Shown piece after piece: positions 11,024-17,400 of a DNA stretch of 32,000 nt (position 1 is the stretch's first letter; every line of letters starts with the position of its first letter). Made by a program: the position numbers and the translations under genes. Under the pieces are notes generated by a model. The model worked only from the letters and a program-made list of their open reading frames with translations. It did no database searches and was not told the origin of the DNA. Source of the stretch: Candidatus Omnitrophota bacterium (GTDB lineage: Bacteria > Omnitrophota > Gorgyraeia > 2-01-FULL-45-10). The DNA lies in NCBI GenBank assembly GCA_023818895.1, contig JAMWCX010000002.1, positions 90,001-122,000 of the forward strand, read 5' to 3'.

Positions 11024-11119
11024 CGTAGGAAAATCCTAAATTATGAATATGAAACGCCAACTGAATGTTTATCTCAAAGTTACAAACTGCGTTGAAATCT
11101 CGATATCTGGATTCAGCTC

Positions 11120-12190
11120 TTACCTGATCGCCTTCTCAAGAATTTCTTTCTCTATCTTGGCTATCAGCTTGGGGTTTTGCTTAAGATACAGCCTGGCATT
11201 CTCCTTGCCTTGCCCGATCTTCTCCTCACCGTAAACAAGCCATGAACCGCTCTTTTTCAATATGCCCAGAGACTCACCCATATCGATTACGCTGCCCGCC
11301 CTTGAAATGCCCTCATCGAACATTATGTCAAATTCGGCCTTTCTGAAAGGTGGCGCCACCTTGTTCTTCGCGATAGACGCCCTGACGCGGTTGCCGACCG
11401 CCTCCTCACCTTTCTTAAGCGACGCTATTCTGCGCAGATCTATCCGGACGGAGGCATAGAATTTAAGCGCTCTTCCTCCCGGCGTCGTCTCGGGGTTGCC
11501 GAACATGACGCCTATCTTTTCGCGTATCTGGTTTATGAATATAACGCATGTCTTCGATTTCGATATAGCGCCTGACAGCTTCCTTAGCGCGTGGCTCATA
11601 AGACGGGCCTGTAGCCCCACATGTGATTGGCCCATTTCACCATCTATTTCGGCCTTAGGGGTCAGCGCGGCAACCGAGTCAATGACTATGACGTCTATGG
11701 CGTTCGATCTGACAAGTGTTTCGGCTATATCAAGCGCCTGTTCTCCTGTATCGGGTTGAGACATCAGCAGATTGTCGAGATTAACTCCCAGCAGCTTAGC
11801 ATATGCCGGATCAAAAGCGTGCTCGGCATCTATGAACGCCGCTGTGCCGCCTGCCTTCTGGGCGTTTGCGATTATGCTCAAGGTGAGCGTCGTCTTGCCG
11901 CTGGACTCCGGTCCGAATATCTCCACCACCCTGCCGCGCGGCACACCACCGACTCCGAGCGCCACATCCAACGCAACAGATCCAGTCGGTATTGCGGGGA
12001 CATCCAGCTTGAAGTCCTGGCCGAGCTTCATGATCGACCCTTTGCCAAACTGTTTCTCTATATGCTCCATAGCCAAATCAAGCGCCTTCATCTTCTGTTC
12101 CTGACTCTTCTCAGCCTGCGTAGTATCCCTCTTCTCTTCTCGTAATACTTCTTTAGTGCCGTGACCCTCTTTTACCTTGGTCTTTACCAT
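11120..12190 (-). CDS. recA: Recombinase RecA
   Basis: 356-aa ORF with [37 protein letters not shown] (Walker A)..[35 protein letters not shown] strong Shine-Dalgarno sequence, GGAGAGGAAGG, precedes the ATG at 12190. This start gives a ~30-aa K/E-rich N-terminal extension, and an internal alternative start is M34 at 12091. Confidence 0.95.
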   Translation of the reverse strand: MVKTKVKEGHGTKEVLREEKRDTTQAEKSQEQKMKALDLAMEHIEKQFGKGSIMKLGQDFKLDVPAIPTGSVALDVALGVGGVPRGRVVEIFGPESSGKTTLTLSIIANAQKAGGTAAFIDAEHAFDPAYAKLLGVNLDNLLMSQPDTGEQALDIAETLVRSNAIDVIVIDSVAALTPKAEIDGEMGQSHVGLQARLMSHALRKLSGAISKSKTCVIFINQIREKIGVMFGNPETTPGGRALKFYASVRIDLRRIASLKKGEEAVGNRVRASIAKNKVAPPFRKAEFDIMFDEGISRAGSVIDMGESLGILKKSGSWLVYGEEKIGQGKENARLYLKQNPKLIAKIEKEILEKAIR

Positions 12191-12263
12191 TTCCTTCCTC
12201 TCCTTATACTTTATAGTGGTTTGTAATCTATTTATTATAATTATATTCTATTTAGGGAAATAT

Positions 12264-12293
12264 ATTATACAGGCATCACCTCCTTCTTGTAAA
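12264..12293 (-). promoter_or_regulatory. Candidate sigma70-type promoter for recA (TTTACA-N18-TATAAT)
   Basis: The minus strand reads gacTTTACAagaaggaggtgatgcctgTATAATatat. The -35 element is plus strand tgtaaa (12288..12293) and the -10 is plus strand attata (12264..12269), about 70 nt upstream of the recA ATG. This is a sequence match only. Confidence 0.4.
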
Positions 12294-12427
12294 GTCATTT
12301 CCCCTCCACTATATAAGATGCAAAATCGATTAAAAATATTGCAGGAAATCTCAAAATTCTTGCGATAGTTACTGTTTCTACGCCGATCGCCCTGCCGGCA
12401 TATGGGCGATAGAAAGTATTAAAAATT

Positions 12428-13000
12428 TTATGCTTGGAGATAAGATTCGTGGAGTTTGGTGTAAATGGAACCCTGCGAGGTCAAGGTACTCTGAAAGAGG
12501 ACAACAGATTCGACGCGGTGCGAAGGCACCGCGGAGAGATTGAAATTCGCCTCTACCGACGCCATCTTTTCTTTAAGCTTTGATCTGTTAACCGAAGATC
12601 TGACGCGGCCGATTGTAAGGTGCGGGCTAAAGGGCCTGTCTTCTTTCGCAAAGCCTATCTTAGAAAGCGCTTCATCTATCGAGGAGGCCAATTCCAAAGC
12701 CTCTCCGACTCCTTTCCCAAGGCCCACCCATATAACACGTGGATAATCTATCTTTGGGAAAGCGCCTATATCTTTCAACGTGATATCAAATTTCTTTGTC
12801 GAGGCAGCGACAGCATCAAGTGCGCTTTTTACTTCCGAAACTTTCGTCTCAGATACCTCACCAAGGAATTTCATCGTGACATGAATTATCTCGGGCCTAA
12901 CCCACTTTACATCAGCACCGGAGTATTTAAGATGGGACTCTATCTGACCAAGGATTTTCTTGATTTCATCCGAAACTTCTATAGCAATAAATGTCCTCAT
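12428..13000 (-). CDS. thpR: RNA 2',3'-cyclic phosphodiesterase (2H phosphoesterase, LigT/ThpR family)
   Basis: Two HxT/Sx motifs (HVTMKFLG and HLTIGR) at the spacing expected for the 2H fold. I trimmed the track ORF (to 13051) to the ATG at 13000 (MRTFIAIEV). This is the canonical family N-terminus and sits 2 nt after the cinA stop. Confidence 0.8.
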   Translation of the reverse strand: MRTFIAIEVSDEIKKILGQIESHLKYSGADVKWVRPEIIHVTMKFLGEVSETKVSEVKSALDAVAASTKKFDITLKDIGAFPKIDYPRVIWVGLGKGVGEALELASSIDEALSKIGFAKEDRPFSPHLTIGRVRSSVNRSKLKEKMASVEANFNLSAVPSHRVESVVLFQSTLTSQGSIYTKLHESYLQA

Positions 13001-13002
13001 AA

Positions 13003-14235
13003 TCAGATGCCGGTTCTTATCATATCTAAAGCCGCTTGCGACGTCTGCCATTTTATATCAGCGCGAGAACCAACAAAGTGAAATTCTTTAACCATGCTTA
13101 CCTCATCAGTAACCAAAGCGATATAGACCAAGCCCACGGGTTTACTCTTGGTGCCGCCGGTCGGACCGGCGATGCCTGTTACCCCAAGCCCAACATCCAC
13201 ATGCATAATCGATTTTATACCCCTTGCCATTTCTAGAGCGACTTGTTTTGAAACCGCACCATACCTCTTCAGCGTCTCCGCAGAAACTCCGACGTGCTTG
13301 ACCTTCACTTCGTTCGCGTAAGGAACGGCCCCCCTGATAAAATACCTGGAACTTCCGCTGACATCCGTCAGTCTGCTGGAAATAAGTCCTCCGGTACAAG
13401 ACTCAGCGACAGCTATGGTCTTGTTCTCTGCAATAAGCCTATGCCCTGCCGCTTGTTCGAGCGTCTCCTCGTCATAGCCGAAAATATATTTATCAAGCCT
13501 TGAGCGGATTTTATTTTCAATAACCGCGATGGCCTTTTCGGCAGCGATTCTGTTTTTGGCTTTCGCCATTATCGTCAGGTCAACCTCTCCAAGCTTCGCG
13601 TATATTCCGACTGTAGTAGGCGGCTTGAGCTCAAGAAGGTCCTTTACCATAATATTGATCTGCGATTCAGGAAGGCCTGTCGTCTTAATTGTCCTTGTCC
13701 TGAAAACATATCCGGACCTGAAGTTTTTCTTAAGATATGGGACAATCCCTTTCTCGAATATGGGTTGCAACTCTCTGGGAGGACCTGGAAGGCAAATCAA
13801 CACTTTATCGCGATGCTCGATGATAATACCGGGAGCGGTGCCAACTCTGTTGGCGACCCATTTGGCGCCTTGGGGTATATACGCCTGCCTCTCATTACCA
13901 TCCGGTACCGCCAAGTGGCGAGCCTTGAAGTGTCTTTTTATATTTTTAAGGATTGACCTCTTGAGCACAAGTTTCTTACCCAGCATAGCCGCTAGGGTCC
14001 TTATCGTTATGTCATCAACGGTAGGGCCGAGTCCGCCAGTCAACATCACAATATCTGATCTTATGAGGGCCTTGCGGACAAGCTGCGCAAGCCTGTGGGG
14101 GTTATCGCCAACGGTGGTCTGGTAATAGACGTCTATTCCAAGTTCGGCGAGTCTCTGGGAAAGATAGGCAGCGTTGGTATTCACAATGCGGCCGAGAAGC
14201 AACTCCGTGCCTATAGATATGATTTCCGCTTTCAT
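13003..14235 (-). CDS. cinA: CinA-family protein (MoCF-binding N-terminal domain plus nicotinamide-nucleotide amidase PncC-like C-terminal domain)
   Basis: 410-aa ORF with MKAEIISIGTELLLGRIVNTNAAYLSQRL..TGGLGPTVDDIT at the N-terminus and AESCTGGL..GVTGIAGP in the C-terminal half. It sits upstream of recA, as in many bacteria. Confidence 0.9.
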   Translation of the reverse strand: MKAEIISIGTELLLGRIVNTNAAYLSQRLAELGIDVYYQTTVGDNPHRLAQLVRKALIRSDIVMLTGGLGPTVDDITIRTLAAMLGKKLVLKRSILKNIKRHFKARHLAVPDGNERQAYIPQGAKWVANRVGTAPGIIIEHRDKVLICLPGPPRELQPIFEKGIVPYLKKNFRSGYVFRTRTIKTTGLPESQINIMVKDLLELKPPTTVGIYAKLGEVDLTIMAKAKNRIAAEKAIAVIENKIRSRLDKYIFGYDEETLEQAAGHRLIAENKTIAVAESCTGGLISSRLTDVSGSSRYFIRGAVPYANEVKVKHVGVSAETLKRYGAVSKQVALEMARGIKSIMHVDVGLGVTGIAGPTGGTKSKPVGLVYIALVTDEVSMVKEFHFVGSRADIKWQTSQAALDMIRTGI

Positions 14236-14362
14236 ATGAAATCATTATACCATCCGCCCTCTTAATCAAATAGCGAAAATTTTTGGCATCAAAGATACAT
14301 GGCGCCAAATAGACGCATTACGACAAGCTGAGCTGGGCCGAAAAGATTTCCCGACAAACATA

Positions 14363-14437
14363 ATAAAACCCGGGCTGGGGAGAGGATGGGCCAACTCGGG
14401 GGAAGCCCCCTCACCCCAGCTTGACCCGGGTTTTTAT
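14363..14437 (-). terminator. Rho-independent terminator downstream of the giant ORF (bidirectional in form)
   Basis: AAAACCCGGG (14365..14374) pairs with CCCGGGTTTT (14425..14434). Inner pairing is CTGGGG (14375..14380) with CCCCAG (14414..14419), plus a GGGGG-AAG-CCCCC core (14398..14410). On the minus strand the stem is followed by TTTTATTATG. It starts about 37 nt after the giant ORF stop codon. Confidence 0.7.
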
Positions 14438-14473
14438 TCATGGCGCCACCGCTTGATGCGCTTTTACCCTTTC

Positions 14474-17400
14474 TTAGGCTGCAATCAGGAAGTTCTCCAT
14501 CTTTATCCTGAAGCGATCAAGCTCATCAACGTCAATCCTGACCAGCGGCTTGAACCTGAGTATAGCCCTCATCGCAAACGCCATATTGTTCTGAGCGTCA
14601 TCCTTGATAAGCGCCAGTATCTCGTCATCTATGGCAACTCCGGACATCAACTTATAATAAGAGGCTATGGCCTGTCTGTTATTAGCCATAACGGCTCTGG
14701 CTAATCCTATGACTCCTTCCAAATAAAGATAATTAACCCCAACAAGCTTATCGTCGAGTATAAGCAGGCTTGAGCGAAGCGCCGTTTCTTTATCCGAACC
14801 GTTCCAGATATTTTTATCCTCGAAATCCTCTTTCGCAAGCACCGCGACCAGCTTGTCCTTGGAGGCTCCTTTGTTTGTCACTGCCCTGCGTATTTCGTCC
14901 GGTTTCATTATCGCCACACCCCCTCCCTCGAAAAGCGGCGCAAGAGCCAGTCTTATCTGAACGAGCTCTGTCTCATCGCCATCTCTCACAAAAAGGTTCT
15001 CAGACAAAAGTATCTTGCTTCCGTCAGCAGTAAGCTTTCCATTGAGGCCGCTTTCGAACAGAGAACGTATCTTTACAAGTATATCGCCTTCTCCAGAAAT
15101 GATCGGCTCAGCCCTATACACAACGCCTCTTCGCCTCTCACCGCCTGTACCCGGATACATGGAAAAATCATCGATATCTATATTCTGTCTTACGTAAGAA
15201 ATACCACTCTTCCTCCCCGCGATATTCAAAACTTCGTCCAAATACTGCAATTGGCGCTTGACGAACATAATTCCTACTGGATTATTCCTACATTCTTCGG
15301 CACTGTAGGGCGTGACATCGTTTACAAACAGGCGGCCGCCGTTCTTACTCAGATTTCGCAGTATAGGCTCCATAATCTTATATATTTTTCTCACGAAATA
15401 ATCCTCTGCTGCCATCTCCACCTTTTTTATCTTGTCAGCATCTGAGTGTGCTATTTGCGATTGCTTAAAGAAATCTAACGCTATAGTATCGGAAACAGGA
15501 TCTACAGCTGTATGCAGGACCGCCAGCATCACTATATCGTCAAAAACCCTATCAGAGATAGCGTCGTATGAACTAAACGCCTCTATCTCTTTGTCCAGCC
15601 CAAAGTTCCTATGTAAACGCTCCTGAGAATAAAGGCTTTTGGCGCCGGTATCGATGACGGTTGTCCTCATGCCTATCTTGGCGAGAAGCACCGGAAGATA
15701 GTCAAGGTTCCCTGGTCCTACCACAAGAACCCTTTCGCCTTTCTTGAGGCCCATATTGGCCACCTTCTTCAAAATATGTTTTTTCATATTCTCCGTGAAG
15801 AAATTATCTCCGGATATCCTGGCTATCTCCTCTATGGCCGCTTTGATATCAGCCGTCTCCACTACCGATGATAAGGGCGACTCAGACAAACTTTTTTGTG
15901 TTAGCTGCTGGTTTGATTTTCCCGCAACCAACTTCTCCCTAATTGCTCGATAGCCGTTAATAAGAGCCTCGCTGTTCCTGATAATATCATCGCGCTTTTC
16001 GCCGTCATACTGGGTTATGAGACGGCGCTGTTCCTCCGCCAATAAGCGCTCTTTTTCAAACAATTCTTTCAGCAGCAGATTATCTTTTAAGGAACTCCAT
16101 TCTTGAGGCGGCACAGCGAGCTTTCCATGCGCGCCAACTCCGCCTTCGTCGCCCAGATATATGCAATCTGGGTTTCCTTTACCATCAAGCGCGACCTCTA
16201 CACGATCTGCCAAAAGCATGTTTATGAATTTCTGAATTCTCATTAATGATGATTCGGCTAGCGCGGCTTTTTCGGGTGTCCAAACATTGTCGGCAAGCAT
16301 AATCTGTGCGATTCTGGCGCCTTCGAGGGCGTTTGTGAAATAATGCTCCAGAGATCTTATAAGGCATCTGATTAAAATGGGCTCGGGGAATGAGGATTCC
16401 TTTACCGCAATGCTGTTCTGTTGCGCATCCGGCAAGCGCTTCGCTGTACCATCTAAAATTATCGGCTCTTTGGCGCCGACCACAGACCCTTTTCTGGTAT
16501 AAACGTTGAGATAACCGCTTTTAAGCGGCACCCTCTCATACAAAAGCCCTTCATCCGATATGCGGTCCAAATCGCCGAATATAATAAGCTTGGCTCCATC
16601 CCGCATACCATTTTTACTCACCATTTTTTTGCGCAGGGCATCATGCCATTTAGCCGAATCCACGCCGGCAGGGCAAGTATAGAAGAAATACAGCACATCA
16701 TATCCGGATAGGTCGGTGTCTTCTGCGAGAAAATCGCCTTTAATGAACCTAACGTTTCGGGCACGCTTCACCAGCCCAAGATCCTTCTGATGTGAAAGCG
16801 CAGCCCTGTGAAGGTTCTCATTCCATTCGATGCCTGAAACATCCTTAAAATGCTTCGAGGCCAAGAAACAAAACATGCCATTTCCGCTGCCCAAGTCGCA
16901 TATATTAGCGGAAGGGTTAATCAGCTTTATGTAATGTATTATCTGCAAAGCTATGCTAGCGGGGGTCCACAAAAATATGCCGTGTTTTTCTGAATCATGT
17001 TTGTCCCCCAGATCTTTATCAACGCAGGCATTCTCAATGAGGCGTACATCCCAACTATAACACTCCTCTTGAGCTCTTCTAATCGCGTATTCCATTATAA
17101 GCGCCGAGCCGTCTTTGTCTGGCGGCTGCGTTATGTGCGGGGTGCCGGGGCCCCAGCCGGGGTTTCTTACGGGCATTGACTTCCCTATCACCAGCGAAGA
17201 ATCAAGATAACCGCTCTTTACCCATGCACCAACAGCATCAAGCAACCGTCCTGCCTCACAGAGTTTCTCCAGCTCATTAAGCGACTTTTCAGATCCTTCC
17301 AGACATTTCAGCATTTCTTTCTTGTCTACAGAGGCGCTATCGGTATGATATATTATCGCGATGAGACCGGTCATAGAATCCCTGACAAGATCAATAAATT

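Noticed and set aside
12191-12427. LexA/SOS operator upstream of recA
   Set aside because: I looked for CTGT-N8-ACAG, GAAC-N4-GTTC and GTTC-N7-GTTC type boxes on both strands and found none. CTGTATAATATATTTC at the -10 element lacks the ACAG half. A TATAATTATA palindrome (about 12236..12245) exists, but in DNA this AT-rich it is not convincing on its own.
13001-13051. Upstream ATG (13051) for thpR giving MADVASGFRYDKNRHLI..
   Set aside because: It would overlap cinA by 49 nt. The 2H-phosphoesterase fold conventionally begins at M-R-x-F-I-A, which is the ATG at 13000.
13529-14125. 198-aa plus-strand ORF
   Set aside because: It is antisense to cinA, whose minus-strand frame has clear CinA motifs. 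There is no supporting signal.
14102-14308. 68-aa minus-strand ORF overlapping the cinA start
   Set aside because: It overlaps the well-supported cinA N-terminus in another frame and has no motif or ribosome-binding site.
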